Source: Macrostomum hystrix
Taxonomy: Eukaryota > Animalia > Platyhelminthes
DNA: 64,000 nt
Direction: 5' to 3'
Assembly: GCA_950097015.1 (NCBI GenBank)
Contig: CATNEN010000025.1
Span: forward strand, 7,254,001 to 7,318,000
Shown: positions 1-15,000 of the stretch, piece by piece
Position numbering within the stretch: the stretch's first letter is position 1
Layout of the letters: every line of letters begins with the position of its first letter
Made by a program: the position numbers and the translations under genes
Notes under the pieces: model-generated
The model's input: only the letters and a program-made list of their open reading frames with translations
Database searches by the model: none
Told to the model about the DNA's origin: nothing

Positions 1-3000
1 TCCTTCTTCTCTGGCAGTTTCTCGACTCTGGTCAGGGCGCTGCGTGGCAGCTCGCCGCTCTCAAACAGTTTCACACTCTTGCGCAGGCACTGGGCCGGTC
101 GTCTGGTTGTGGTGGTCGCAGGCACAGGCGTTGTGGTCGTCTTTCCTCCCGCCGCCGGCAGAGATGGCATCGGGAAGGTGAGCTTCTCAGCAGCTGGTGT
201 TCCGCGCGATCTGCCAGACGTGCTGGCTGCAGCGCGTGTTGTAGTCGTCAAAACGGTGGTCTTCGGCTCGTGACAGGCCTTTAGCTCAGCCTTGATTTTG
301 GTCGCCTTGCCGGGCTGCGTCTTCACTGTGACGCGAACAAACTTCGGCAGCTTCGGCAGCTCTGGCAGTGCCACGTTCTCTAGATCGCTCGGTCGCAGTG
401 CACTTCCTGGTCGAGGCGTCACCTTGTTCACCTGCACGTACTTCTCTGGCTTGTCCTCGTCGCCGACAAACACGGTCACCTCGCTCACCGAGTCGGGAGT
501 GCTGCTCGAGAGCACCACCTTCATCAGGCTGGCAGTATTTGGCAGTTTAGTTACATCGAAGGTCAGCTGAGTAACACTACCAGGCTGAACAGGTAGTCCG
601 CGACCTCCAGGCAGCACCTCGTTTCTCTCACCGACTGGGACCTCCTTCTTCTCTGGCAGTTTCTCGACTCTGGTCAGGGCGCTGCGTGGCAGCTCGCCGC
701 TCTCAAACAGTTTCACACTCTTGCGCAGGCACTGGGCCGGTCGTCTGGTTGTGGTGGTCGCAGGCACAGGCGTTGTGGTCGTCTTTCCTCCCGCCGCCGG
801 CAGAGATGGCATCGGGAAGGTGAGCTTCTCAGCAGCTGGTGTTCCGCGCGATCTGCCAGACGTGCTGGCTGCAGCGCGTGTTGTAGTCGTCAAAACGGTG
901 GTCTTCGGCTCGTGACAGGCCTTTAGCTCAGCCTTGATTTTGGTCGCCTTGCCGGGCTGCGTCTTCACTGTGACGCGAACAAACTTCGGCAGCTTCGGCA
1001 GCTCTGGCAGTGCCACGTTCTCTAGATCGCTCGGTCGCAGTGCACTTCCTGGTCGAGGCGTCACCTTGTTCACCTGCACGTACTTCTCTGGCTTGTCCTC
1101 GTCGCCGACAAACACGGTCACCTCGCTCACCGAGTCGGGAGTGCTGCTCGAGAGCACCACCTTCATCAGGCTGGCAGTATTTGGCAGTTTAGTTACATCG
1201 AAGGTCAGCTGAGTAACACTACCAGGCTGAACAGGTAGTCCGCGACCTCCAGGCAGCACCTCGTTTCTCTCACCGACTGGGACCTCCTTCTTCTCTGGCA
1301 GTTTCTCGACTCTGGTCAGGGCGCTGCGTGGCAGCTCGCCGCTCTCAAACAGTTTCACACTCTTGCGCAGGCACTGGGCCGGTCGTCTGGTTGTGGTGGT
1401 CGCAGGCACAGGCGTTGTGGTCGTCTTTCCTCCCGCCGCCGGCAGAGATGGCATCGGGAAGGTGAGCTTCTCAGCAGCTGGTGTTCCGCGCGATCTGCCA
1501 GACGTGCTGGCTGCAGCGCGTGTTGTAGTCGTCAAAACGGTGGTCTTCGGCTCGTGACAGGCCTTTAGCTCAGCCTTGATTTTGGTCGCCTTGCCGGGCT
1601 GCGTCTTCACTGTGACGCGAACAAACTTCGGCAGCTTCGGCAGCTCTGGCAGTGCCACGTTCTCTAGATCGCTCGGTCGCAGTGCACTTCCTGGTCGAGG
1701 CGTCACCTTGTTCACCTGCACGTACTTCTCTGGCTTGTCCTCGTCGCCGACAAACACGGTCACCTCGCTCACCGAGTCGGGAGTGCTGCTCGAGAGCACC
1801 ACCTTCATCAGGCTGGCAGTATTTGGCAGTTTAGTTACATCGAAGGTCAGCTGAGTAACACTACCAGGCTGAACAGGTAGTCCGCGACCTCCAGGCAGCA
1901 CCTCGTTTCTCTCACCGACTGGGACCTCCTTCTTCTCTGGCAGTTTCTCGACTCTGGTCAGGGCGCTGCGTGGCAGCTCGCCGCTCTCAAACAGTTTCAC
2001 ACTCTTGCGCAGGCACTGGGCCGGTCGTCTGGTTGTGGTGGTCGCAGGCACAGGCGTTGTGGTCGTCTTTCCTCCCGCCGCCGGCAGAGATGGCATCGGG
2101 AAGGTGAGCTTCTCAGCAGCTGGTGTTCCGCGCGATCTGCCAGACGTGCTGGCTGCAGCGCGTGTTGTAGTCGTCAAAACGGTGGTCTTCGGCTCGTGAC
2201 AGGCCTTTAGCTCAGCCTTGATTTTGGTCGCCTTGCCGGGCTGCGTCTTCACTGTGACGCGAACAAACTTCGGCAGCTTCGGCAGCTCTGGCAGTGCCAC
2301 GTTCTCTAGATCGCTCGGTCGCAGTGCACTTCCTGGTCGAGGCGTCACCTTGTTCACCTGCACGTACTTCTCTGGCTTGTCCTCGTCGCCGACAAACACG
2401 GTCACCTCGCTCACCGAGTCGGGAGTGCTGCTCGAGAGCACCACCTTCATCAGGCTGGCAGTATTTGGCAGTTTAGTTACATCGAAGGTCAGCTGAGTAA
2501 CACTACCAGGCTGAACAGGTAGTCCGCGACCTCCAGGCAGCACCTCGTTTCTCTCACCGACTGGGACCTCCTTCTTCTCTGGCAGTTTCTCGACTCTGGT
2601 CAGGGCGCTGCGTGGCAGCTCGCCGCTCTCAAACAGTTTCACACTCTTGCGCAGGCACTGGGCCGGTCGTCTGGTTGTGGTGGTCGCAGGCACAGGCGTT
2701 GTGGTCGTCTTTCCTCCCGCCGCCGGCAGAGATGGCATCGGGAAGGTGAGCTTCTCAGCAGCTGGTGTTCCGCGCGATCTGCCAGACGTGCTGGCTGCAG
2801 CGCGTGTTGTAGTCGTCAAAACGGTGGTCTTCGGCTCGTGACAGGCCTTTAGCTCAGCCTTGATTTTGGTCGCCTTGCCGGGCTGCGTCTTCACTGTGAC
2901 GCGAACAAACTTCGGCAGCTTCGGCAGCTCTGGCAGTGCCACGTTCTCTAGATCGCTCGGTCGCAGTGCACTTCCTGGTCGAGGCGTCACCTTGTTCACC

Positions 3001-6000
3001 TGCACGTACTTCTCTGGCTTGTCCTCGTCGCCGACAAACACGGTCACCTCGCTCACCGAGTCGGGAGTGCTGCTCGAGAGCACCACCTTCATCAGGCTGG
3101 CAGTATTTGGCAGTTTAGTTACATCGAAGGTCAGCTGAGTAACACTACCAGGCTGAACAGGTAGTCCGCGACCTCCAGGCAGCACCTCGTTTCTCTCACC
3201 GACTGGGACCTCCTTCTTCTCTGGCAGTTTCTCGACTCTGGTCAGGGCGCTGCGTGGCAGCTCGCCGCTCTCAAACAGTTTCACACTCTTGCGCAGGCAC
3301 TGGGCCGGTCGTCTGGTTGTGGTGGTCGCAGGCACAGGCGTTGTGGTCGTCTTTCCTCCCGCCGCCGGCAGAGATGGCATCGGGAAGGTGAGCTTCTCAG
3401 CAGCTGGTGTTCCGCGCGATCTGCCAGACGTGCTGGCTGCAGCGCGTGTTGTAGTCGTCAAAACGGTGGTCTTCGGCTCGTGACAGGCCTTTAGCTCAGC
3501 CTTGATTTTGGTCGCCTTGCCGGGCTGCGTCTTCACTGTGACGCGAACAAACTTCGGCAGCTTCGGCAGCTCTGGCAGTGCCACGTTCTCTAGATCGCTC
3601 GGTCGCAGTGCACTTCCTGGTCGAGGCGTCACCTTGTTCACCTGCACGTACTTCTCTGGCTTGTCCTCGTCGCCGACAAACACGGTCACCTCGCTCACCG
3701 AGTCGGGAGTGCTGCTCGAGAGCACCACCTTCATCAGGCTGGCAGTATTTGGCAGTTTAGTTACATCGAAGGTCAGCTGAGTAACACTACCAGGCTGAAC
3801 AGGTAGTCCGCGACCTCCAGGCAGCACCTCGTTTCTCTCACCGACTGGGACCTCCTTCTTCTCTGGCAGTTTCTCGACTCTGGTCAGGGCGCTGCGTGGC
3901 AGCTCGCCGCTCTCAAACAGTTTCACACTCTTGCGCAGGCACTGGGCCGGTCGTCTGGTTGTGGTGGTCGCAGGCACAGGCGTTGTGGTCGTCTTTCCTC
4001 CCGCCGCCGGCAGAGATGGCATCGGGAAGGTGAGCTTCTCAGCAGCTGGTGTTCCGCGCGATCTGCCAGACGTGCTGGCTGCAGCGCGTGTTGTAGTCGT
4101 CAAAACGGTGGTCTTCGGCTCGTGACAGGCCTTTAGCTCAGCCTTGATTTTGGTCGCCTTGCCGGGCTGCGTCTTCACTGTGACGCGAACAAACTTCGGC
4201 AGCTTCGGCAGCTCTGGCAGTGCCACGTTCTCTAGATCGCTCGGTCGCAGTGCACTTCCTGGTCGAGGCGTCACCTTGTTCACCTGCACGTACTTCTCTG
4301 GCTTGTCCTCGTCGCCGACAAACACGGTCACCTCGCTCACCGAGTCGGGAGTGCTGCTCGAGAGCACCACCTTCATCAGGCTGGCAGTATTTGGCAGTTT
4401 AGTTACATCGAAGGTCAGCTGAGTAACACTACCAGGCTGAACAGGTAGTCCGCGACCTCCAGGCAGCACCTCGTTTCTCTCACCGACTGGGACCTCCTTC
4501 TTCTCTGGCAGTTTCTCGACTCTGGTCAGGGCGCTGCGTGGCAGCTCGCCGCTCTCAAACAGTTTCACACTCTTGCGCAGGCACTGGGCCGGTCGTCTGG
4601 TTGTGGTGGTCGCAGGCACAGGCGTTGTGGTCGTCTTTCCTCCCGCCGCCGGCAGAGATGGCATCGGGAAGGTGAGCTTCTCAGCAGCTGGTGTTCCGCG
4701 CGATCTGCCAGACGTGCTGGCTGCAGCGCGTGTTGTAGTCGTCAAAACGGTGGTCTTCGGCTCGTGACAGGCCTTTAGCTCAGCCTTGATTTTGGTCGCC
4801 TTGCCGGGCTGCGTCTTCACTGTGACGCGAACAAACTTCGGCAGCTTCGGCAGCTCTGGCAGTGCCACGTTCTCTAGATCGCTCGGTCGCAGTGCACTTC
4901 CTGGTCGAGGCGTCACCTTGTTCACCTGCACGTACTTCTCTGGCTTGTCCTCGTCGCCGACAAACACGGTCACCTCGCTCACCGAGTCGGGAGTGCTGCT
5001 CGAGAGCACCACCTTCATCAGGCTGGCAGTATTTGGCAGTTTAGTTACATCGAAGGTCAGCTGAGTAACACTACCAGGCTGAACAGGTAGTCCGCGACCT
5101 CCAGGCAGCACCTCGTTTCTCTCACCGACTGGGACCTCCTTCTTCTCTGGCAGTTTCTCGACTCTGGTCAGGGCGCTGCGTGGCAGCTCGCCGCTCTCAA
5201 ACAGTTTCACACTCTTGCGCAGGCACTGGGCCGGTCGTCTGGTTGTGGTGGTCGCAGGCACAGGCGTTGTGGTCGTCTTTCCTCCCGCCGCCGGCAGAGA
5301 TGGCATCGGGAAGGTGAGCTTCTCAGCAGCTGGTGTTCCGCGCGATCTGCCAGACGTGCTGGCTGCAGCGCGTGTTGTAGTCGTCAAAACGGTGGTCTTC
5401 GGCTCGTGACAGGCCTTTAGCTCAGCCTTGATTTTGGTCGCCTTGCCGGGCTGCGTCTTCACTGTGACGCGAACAAACTTCGGCAGCTTCGGCAGCTCTG
5501 GCAGTGCCACGTTCTCTAGATCGCTCGGTCGCAGTGCACTTCCTGGTCGAGGCGTCACCTTGTTCACCTGCACGTACTTCTCTGGCTTGTCCTCGTCGCC
5601 GACAAACACGGTCACCTCGCTCACCGAGTCGGGAGTGCTGCTCGAGAGCACCACCTTCATCAGGCTGGCAGTATTTGGCAGTTTAGTTACATCGAAGGTC
5701 AGCTGAGTAACACTACCAGGCTGAACAGGTAGTCCGCGACCTCCAGGCAGCACCTCGTTTCTCTCACCGACTGGGACCTCCTTCTTCTCTGGCAGTTTCT
5801 CGACTCTGGTCAGGGCGCTGCGTGGCAGCTCGCCGCTCTCAAACAGTTTCACACTCTTGCGCAGGCACTGGGCCGGTCGTCTGGTTGTGGTGGTCGCAGG
5901 CACAGGCGTTGTGGTCGTCTTTCCTCCCGCCGCCGGCAGAGATGGCATCGGGAAGGTGAGCTTCTCAGCAGCTGGTGTTCCGCGCGATCTGCCAGACGTG

Positions 6001-9000
6001 CTGGCTGCAGCGCGTGTTGTAGTCGTCAAAACGGTGGTCTTCGGCTCGTGACAGGCCTTTAGCTCAGCCTTGATTTTGGTCGCCTTGCCGGGCTGCGTCT
6101 TCACTGTGACGCGAACAAACTTCGGCAGCTTCGGCAGCTCTGGCAGTGCCACGTTCTCTAGATCGCTCGGTCGCAGTGCACTTCCTGGTCGAGGCGTCAC
6201 CTTGTTCACCTGCACGTACTTCTCTGGCTTGTCCTCGTCGCCGACAAACACGGTCACCTCGCTCACCGAGTCGGGAGTGCTGCTCGAGAGCACCACCTTC
6301 ATCAGGCTGGCAGTATTTGGCAGTTTAGTTACATCGAAGGTCAGCTGAGTAACACTACCAGGCTGAACAGGTAGTCCGCGACCTCCAGGCAGCACCTCGT
6401 TTCTCTCACCGACTGGGACCTCCTTCTTCTCTGGCAGTTTCTCGACTCTGGTCAGGGCGCTGCGTGGCAGCTCGCCGCTCTCAAACAGTTTCACACTCTT
6501 GCGCAGGCACTGGGCCGGTCGTCTGGTTGTGGTGGTCGCAGGCACAGGCGTTGTGGTCGTCTTTCCTCCCGCCGCCGGCAGAGATGGCATCGGGAAGGTG
6601 AGCTTCTCAGCAGCTGGTGTTCCGCGCGATCTGCCAGACGTGCTGGCTGCAGCGCGTGTTGTAGTCGTCAAAACGGTGGTCTTCGGCTCGTGACAGGCCT
6701 TTAGCTCAGCCTTGATTTTGGTCGCCTTGCCGGGCTGCGTCTTCACTGTGACGCGAACAAACTTCGGCAGCTTCGGCAGCTCTGGCAGTGCCACGTTCTC
6801 TAGATCGCTCGGTCGCAGTGCACTTCCTGGTCGAGGCGTCACCTTGTTCACCTGCACGTACTTCTCTGGCTTGTCCTCGTCGCCGACAAACACGGTCACC
6901 TCGCTCACCGAGTCGGGAGTGCTGCTCGAGAGCACCACCTTCATCAGGCTGGCAGTATTTGGCAGTTTAGTTACATCGAAGGTCAGCTGAGTAACACTAC
7001 CAGGCTGAACAGGTAGTCCGCGACCTCCAGGCAGCACCTCGTTTCTCTCACCGACTGGGACCTCCTTCTTCTCTGGCAGTTTCTCGACTCTGGTCAGGGC
7101 GCTGCGTGGCAGCTCGCCGCTCTCAAACAGTTTCACACTCTTGCGCAGGCACTGGGCCGGTCGTCTGGTTGTGGTGGTCGCAGGCACAGGCGTTGTGGTC
7201 GTCTTTCCTCCCGCCGCCGGCAGAGATGGCATCGGGAAGGTGAGCTTCTCAGCAGCTGGTGTTCCGCGCGATCTGCCAGACGTGCTGGCTGCAGCGCGTG
7301 TTGTAGTCGTCAAAACGGTGGTCTTCGGCTCGTGACAGGCCTTTAGCTCAGCCTTGATTTTGGTCGCCTTGCCGGGCTGCGTCTTCACTGTGACGCGAAC
7401 AAACTTCGGCAGCTTCGGCAGCTCTGGCAGTGCCACGTTCTCTAGATCGCTCGGTCGCAGTGCACTTCCTGGTCGAGGCGTCACCTTGTTCACCTGCACG
7501 TACTTCTCTGGCTTGTCCTCGTCGCCGACAAACACGGTCACCTCGCTCACCGAGTCGGGAGTGCTGCTCGAGAGCACCACCTTCATCAGGCTGGCAGTAT
7601 TTGGCAGTTTAGTTACATCGAAGGTCAGCTGAGTAACACTACCAGGCTGAACAGGTAGTCCGCGACCTCCAGGCAGCACCTCGTTTCTCTCACCGACTGG
7701 GACCCTCCTTCTTCTCTGGCAGTTTCTCGACTCTGGTCAGGGCGCTGCGTGGCAGCTCGCCGCTCTCAAACAGTTTCACACTCTTGCGCAGGCACTGGGC
7801 CGGTCGTCTGGTTGTGGTGGTCGCAGGCACAGGCGTTGTGGTCGTCTTTCCTCCCGCCGCCGGCAGAGATGGCATCGGGAAGGTGAGCTTCTCAGCAGCT
7901 GGTGTTCCGCGCGATCTGCCAGACGTGCTGGCTGCAGCGCGTGTTGTAGTCGTCAAAACGGTGGTCTTCGGCTCGTGACAGGCCTTTAGCTCAGCCTTGA
8001 TTTTGGTCGCCTTGCCGGGCTGCGTCTTCACTGTGACGCGAACAAACTTCGGCAGCTTCGGCAGCTCTGGCAGTGCCACGTTCTCTAGATCGCTCGGTCG
8101 CAGTGCACTTCCTGGTCGAGGCGTCACCTTGTTCACCTGCACGTACTTCTCTGGCTTGTCCTCGTCGCCGACAAACACGGTCACCTCGCTCACCGAGTCG
8201 GGAGTGCTGCTCGAGAGCACCACCTTCATCAGGCTGGCAGTATTTGGCAGTTTAGTTACATCGAAGGTCAGCTGAGTAACACTACCAGGCTGAACAGGTA
8301 GTCCGCGACCTCCAGGCAGCACCTCGTTTCTCTCACCGACTGGGACCTCCTTCTTCTCTGGCAGTTTCTCGACTCTGGTCAGGGCGCTGCGTGGCAGCTC
8401 GCCGCTCTCAAACAGTTTCACACTCTTGCGCAGGCACTGGGCCGGTCGTCTGGTTGTGGTGGTCGCAGGCACAGGCGTTGTGGTCGTCTTTCCTCCCGCC
8501 GCCGGCAGAGATGGCATCGGGAAGGTGAGCTTCTCAGCAGCTGGTGTTCCGCGCGATCTGCCAGACGTGCTGGCTGCAGCGCGTGTTGTAGTCGTCAAAA
8601 CGGTGGTCTTCGGCTCGTGACAGGCCTTTAGCTCAGCCTTGATTTTGGTCGCCTTGCCGGGCTGCGTCTTCACTGTGACGCGAACAAACTTCGGCAGCTT
8701 CGGCAGCTCTGGCAGTGCCACGTTCTCTAGATCGCTCGGTCGCAGTGCACTTCCTGGTCGAGGCGTCACCTTGTTCACCTGCACGTACTTCTCTGGCTTG
8801 TCCTCGTCGCCGACAAACACGGTCACCTCGCTCACCGAGTCGGGAGTGCTGCTCGAGAGCACCACCTTCATCAGGCTGGCAGTATTTGGCAGTTTAGTTA
8901 CATCGAAGGTCAGCTGAGTAACACTACCAGGCTGAACAGGTAGTCCGCGACCTCCAGGCAGCACCTCGTTTCTCTCACCGACTGGGACCTCCTTCTTCTC

Positions 9001-12000
9001 TGGCAGTTTCTCGACTCTGGTCAGGGCGCTGCGTGGCAGCTCGCCGCTCTCAAACAGTTTCACACTCTTGCGCAGGCACTGGGCCGGTCGTCTGGTTGTG
9101 GTGGTCGCAGGCACAGGCGTTGTGGTCGTCTTTCCTCCCGCCGCCGGCAGAGATGGCATCGGGAAGGTGAGCTTCTCAGCAGCTGGTGTTCCGCGCGATC
9201 TGCCAGACGTGCTGGCTGCAGCGCGTGTTGTAGTCGTCAAAACGGTGGTCTTCGGCTCGTGACAGGCCTTTAGCTCAGCCTTGATTTTGGTCGCCTTGCC
9301 GGGCTGCGTCTTCACTGTGACGCGAACAAACTTCGGCAGCTTCGGCAGCTCTGGCAGTGCCACGTTCTCTAGATCGCTCGGTCGCAGTGCACTTCCTGGT
9401 CGAGGCGTCACCTTGTTCACCTGCACGTACTTCTCTGGCTTGTCCTCGTCGCCGACAAACACGGTCACCTCGCTCACCGAGTCGGGAGTGCTGCTCGAGA
9501 GCACCACCTTCATCAGGCTGGCAGTATTTGGCAGTTTAGTTACATCGAAGGTCAGCTGAGTAACACTACCAGGCTGAACAGGTAGTCCGCGACCTCCAGG
9601 CAGCACCTCGTTTCTCTCACCGACTGGGACCTCCTTCTTCTCTGGCAGTTTCTCGACTCTGGTCAGGGCGCTGCGTGGCAGCTCGCCGCTCTCAAACAGT
9701 TTCACACTCTTGCGCAGGCACTGGGCCGGTCGTCTGGTTGTGGTGGTCGCAGGCACAGGCGTTGTGGTCGTCTTTCCTCCCGCCGCCGGCAGAGATGGCA
9801 TCGGGAAGGTGAGCTTCTCAGCAGCTGGTGTTCCGCGCGATCTGCCAGACGTGCTGGCTGCAGCGCGTGTTGTAGTCGTCAAAACGGTGGTCTTCGGCTC
9901 GTGACAGGCCTTTAGCTCAGCCTTGATTTTGGTCGCCTTGCCGGGCTGCGTCTTCACTGTGACGCGAACAAACTTCGGCAGCTTCGGCAGCTCTGGCAGT
10001 GCCACGTTCTCTAGATCGCTCGGTCGCAGTGCACTTCCTGGTCGAGGCGTCACCTTGTTCACCTGCACGTACTTCTCTGGCTTGTCCTCGTCGCCGACAA
10101 ACACGGTCACCTCGCTCACCGAGTCGGGAGTGCTGCTCGAGAGCACCACCTTCATCAGGCTGGCAGTATTTGGCAGTTTAGTTACATCGAAGGTCAGCTG
10201 AGTAACACTACCAGGCTGAACAGGTAGCCCGCGACCTCCAGGCAGCACCTCGTTTCTCTCACCGACTGGGACCTCCTTCTTCTCTGGCAGTTTCTCGACT
10301 CTGGTCAGGGCGCTGCGTGGCAGCTCGCCGCTCTCAAACAGTTTCACACTCTTGCGCAGGCACTGGGCCGGTCGTCTGGTTGTGGTGGTCGCAGGCACAG
10401 GCGTTGTGGTCGTCTTTCCTCCCGCCGCCGGCAGAGATGGCATCGGGAAGGTGAGCTTCTCAGCAGCTGGTGTTCCGCGCGATCTGCCAGACGTGCTGGC
10501 TGCAGCGCGTGTTGTAGTCGTCAAAACGGTGGTCTTCGGCTCGTGACAGGCCTTTAGCTCAGCCTTGATTTTGGTCGCCTTGCCGGGCTGCGTCTTCACT
10601 GTGACGCGAACAAACTTCGGCAGCTTCGGCAGCTCTGGCAGTGCCACGTTCTCTAGATCGCTCGGTCGCAGTGCACTTCCTGGTCGAGGCGTCACCTTGT
10701 TCACCTGCACGTACTTCTCTGGCTTGTCCTCGTCGCCGACAAACACGGTCACCTCGCTCACCGAGTCGGGAGTGCTGCTCGAGAGCACCACCTTCATCAG
10801 GCTGGCAGTATTTGGCAGTTTAGTTACATCGAAGGTCAGCTGAGTAACACTACCAGGCTGAACAGGTAGTCCGCGACCTCCAGGCAGCACCTCGTTTCTC
10901 TCACCGACTGGGACCTCCTTCTTCTCTGGCAGTTTCTCGACTCTGGTCAGGGCGCTGCGTGGCAGCTCGCCGCTCTCAAACAGTTTCACACTCTTGCGCA
11001 GGCACTGGGCCGGTCGTCTGGTTGTGGTGGTCGCAGGCACAGGCGTTGTGGTCGTCTTTCCTCCCGCCGCCGGCAGAGATGGCATCGGGAAGGTGAGCTT
11101 CTCAGCAGCTGGTGTTCCGCGCGATCTGCCAGACGTGCTGGCTGCAGCGCGTGTTGTAGTCGTCAAAACGGTGGTCTTCGGCTCGTGACAGGCCTTTAGC
11201 TCAGCCTTGATTTTGGTCGCCTTGCCGGGCTGCGTCTTCACTGTGACGCGAACAAACTTCGGCAGCTTCGGCAGCTCTGGCAGTGCCACGTTCTCTAGAT
11301 CGCTCGGTCGCAGTGCACTTCCTGGTCGAGGCGTCACCTTGTTCACCTGCACGTACTTCTCTGGCTTGTCCTCGTCGCCGACAAACACGGTCACCTCGCT
11401 CACCGAGTCGGGAGTGCTGCTCGAGAGCACCACCTTCATCAGGCTGGCAGTATTTGGCAGTTTAGTTACATCGAAGGTCAGCTGAGTAACACTACCAGGC
11501 TGAACAGGTAGTCCGCGACCTCCAGGCAGCACCTCGTTTCTCTCACCGACTGGGACCTCCTTCTTCTCTGGCAGTTTCTCGACTCTGGTCAGGGCGCTGC
11601 GTGGCAGCTCGCCGCTCTCAAACAGTTTCACACTCTTGCGCAGGCACTGGGCCGGTCGTCTGGTTGTGGTGGTCGCAGGCACAGGCGTTGTGGTCGTCTT
11701 TCCTCCCGCCGCCGGCAGAGATGGCATCGGGAAGGTGAGCTTCTCAGCAGCTGGTGTTCCGCGCGATCTGCCAGACGTGCTGGCTGCAGCGCGTGTTGTA
11801 GTCGTCAAAACGGTGGTCTTCGGCTCGTGACAGGCCTTTAGCTCAGCCTTGATTTTGGTCGCCTTGCCGGGCTGCGTCTTCACTGTGACGCGAACAAACT
11901 TCGGCAGCTTCGGCAGCTCTGGCAGTGCCACGTTCTCTAGATCGCTCGGTCGCAGTGCACTTCCTGGTCGAGGCGTCACCTTGTTCACCTGCACGTACTT

Positions 12001-15000
12001 CTCTGGCTTGTCCTCGTCGCCGACAAACACGGTCACCTCGCTCACCGAGTCGGGAGTGCTGCTCGAGAGCACCACCTTCATCAGGCTGGCAGTATTTGGC
12101 AGTTTAGTTACATCGAAGGTCAGCTGAGTAACACTACCAGGCTGAACAGGTAGTCCCGCGACCTCCAGGCAGCACCTCGTTTCTCTCACCGACTGGGACC
12201 TCCTTCTTCTCTGGCAGTTTCTCGACTCTGGTCAGGGCGCTGCGTGGCAGCTCGCCGCTCTCAAACAGTTTCACACTCTTGCGCAGGCACTGGGCCGGTC
12301 GTCTGGTTGTGGTGGTCGCAGGCACAGGCGTTGTGGTCGTCTTTCCTCCCGCCGCCGGCAGAGATGGCATCGGGAAGGTGAGCTTCTCAGCAGCTGGTGT
12401 TCCGCGCGATCTGCCAGACGTGCTGGCTGCAGCGCGTGTTGTAGTCGTCAAAACGGTGGTCTTCGGCTCGTGACAGGCCTTTAGCTCAGCCTTGATTTTG
12501 GTCGCCTTGCCGGGCTGCGTCTTCACTGTGACGCGAACAAACTTCGGCAGCTTCGGCAGCTCTGGCAGTGCCACGTTCTCTAGATCGCTCGGTCGCAGTG
12601 CACTTCCTGGTCGAGGCGTCACCTTGTTCACCTGCACGTACTTCTCTGGCTTGTCCTCGTCGCCGACAAACACGGTCACCTCGCTCACCGAGTCGGGAGT
12701 GCTGCTCGAGAGCACCACCTTCATCAGGCTGGCAGTATTTGGCAGTTTAGTTACATCGAAGGTCAGCTGAGTAACACTACCAGGCTGAACAGGTAGTCCG
12801 CGACCTCCAGGCAGCACCTCGTTTCTCTCACCGACTGGGACCTCCTTCTTCTCTGGCAGTTTCTCGACTCTGGTCAGGGCGCTGCGTGGCAGCTCGCCGC
12901 TCTCAAACAGTTTCACACTCTTGCGCAGGCACTGGGCCGGTCGTCTGGTTGTGGTGGTCGCAGGCACAGGCGTTGTGGTCGTCTTTCCTCCCGCCGCCGG
13001 CAGAGATGGCATCGGGAAGGTGAGCTTCTCAGCAGCTGGTGTTCCGCGCGATCTGCCAGACGTGCTGGCTGCAGCGCGTGTTGTAGTCGTCAAAACGGTG
13101 GTCTTCGGCTCGTGACAGGCCTTTAGCTCAGCCTTGATTTTGGTCGCCTTGCCGGGCTGCGTCTTCACTGTGACGCGAACAAACTTCGGCAGCTTCGGCA
13201 GCTCTGGCAGTGCCACGTTCTCTAGATCGCTCGGTCGCAGTGCACTTCCTGGTCGAGGCGTCACCTTGTTCACCTGCACGTACTTCTCTGGCTTGTCCTC
13301 GTCGCCGACAAACACGGTCACCTCGCTCACCGAGTCGGGAGTGCTGCTCGAGAGCACCACCTTCATCAGGCTGGCAGTATTTGGCAGTTTAGTTACATCG
13401 AAGGTCAGCTGAGTAACACTACCAGGCTGAACAGGTAGTCCGCGACCTCCAGGCAGCACCTCGTTTCTCTCACCGACTGGGACCTCCTTCTTCTCTGGCA
13501 GTTTCTCGACTCTGGTCAGGGCGCTGCGTGGCAGCTCGCCGCTCTCAAACAGTTTCACACTCTTGCGCAGGCACTGGGCCGGTCGTCTGGTTGTGGTGGT
13601 CGCAGGCACAGGCGTTGTGGTCGTCTTTCCTCCCGCCGCCGGCAGAGATGGCATCGGGAAGGTGAGCTTCTCAGCAGCTGGTGTTCCGCGCGATCTGCCA
13701 GACGTGCTGGCTGCAGCGCGTGTTGTAGTCGTCAAAACGGTGGTCTTCGGCTCGTGACAGGCCTTTAGCTCAGCCTTGATTTTGGTCGCCTTGCCGGGCT
13801 GCGTCTTCACTGTGACGCGAACAAACTTCGGCAGCTTCGGCAGCTCTGGCAGTGCCACGTTCTCTAGATCGCTCGGTCGCAGTGCACTTCCTGGTCGAGG
13901 CGTCACCTTGTTCACCTGCACGTACTTCTCTGGCTTGTCCTCGTCGCCGACAAACACGGTCACCTCGCTCACCGAGTCGGGAGTGCTGCTCGAGAGCACC
14001 ACCTTCATCAGGCTGGCAGTATTTGGCAGTTTAGTTACATCGAAGGTCAGCTGAGTAACACTACCAGGCTGAACAGGTAGTCCGCGACCTCCAGGCAGCA
14101 CCTCGTTTCTCTCACCGACTGGGACCTCCTTCTTCTCTGGCAGTTTCTCGACTCTGGTCAGGGCGCTGCGTGGCAGCTCGCCGCTCTCAAACAGTTTCAC
14201 ACTCTTGCGCAGGCACTGGGCCGGTCGTCTGGTTGTGGTGGTCGCAGGCACAGGCGTTGTGGTCGTCTTTCCTCCCGCCGCCGGCAGAGATGGCATCGGG
14301 AAGGTGAGCTTCTCAGCAGCTGGTGTTCCGCGCGATCTGCCAGACGTGCTGGCTGCAGCGCGTGTTGTAGTCGTCAAAACGGTGGTCTTCGGCTCGTGAC
14401 AGGCCTTTAGCTCAGCCTTGATTTTGGTCGCCTTGCCGGGCTGCGTCTTCACTGTGACGCGAACAAACTTCGGCAGCTTCGGCAGCTCTGGCAGTGCCAC
14501 GTTCTCTAGATCGCTCGGTCGCAGTGCACTTCCTGGTCGAGGCGTCACCTTGTTCACCTGCACGTACTTCTCTGGCTTGTCCTCGTCGCCGACAAACACG
14601 GTCACCTCGCTCACCGAGTCGGGAGTGCTGCTCGAGAGCACCACCTTCATCAGGCTGGCAGTATTTGGCAGTTTAGTTACATCGAATGTCAGCTGAGTAA
14701 CACTACCAGGCTGAACAGGTAGTCCGCGACCTCCAGGCAGCACCTCGTTTCTCTCACCGACTGGGACCTCCTTCTTCTCTGGCAGTTTCTCGACTCTGGT
14801 CAGGGCGCTGCGTGGCAGCTCGCCGCTCTCAAACAGTTTCACACTCTTGCGCAGGCACTGGGCCGGTCGTCTGGTTGTGGTGGTCGCAGGCACAGGCGTT
14901 GTGGTCGTCTTTCCTCCCGCCGCCGGCAGAGATGGCATCGGGAAGGTGAGCTTCTCAGCAGCTGGTGTTCCGCGCGATCTGCCAGACGTGCTGGCTGCAG

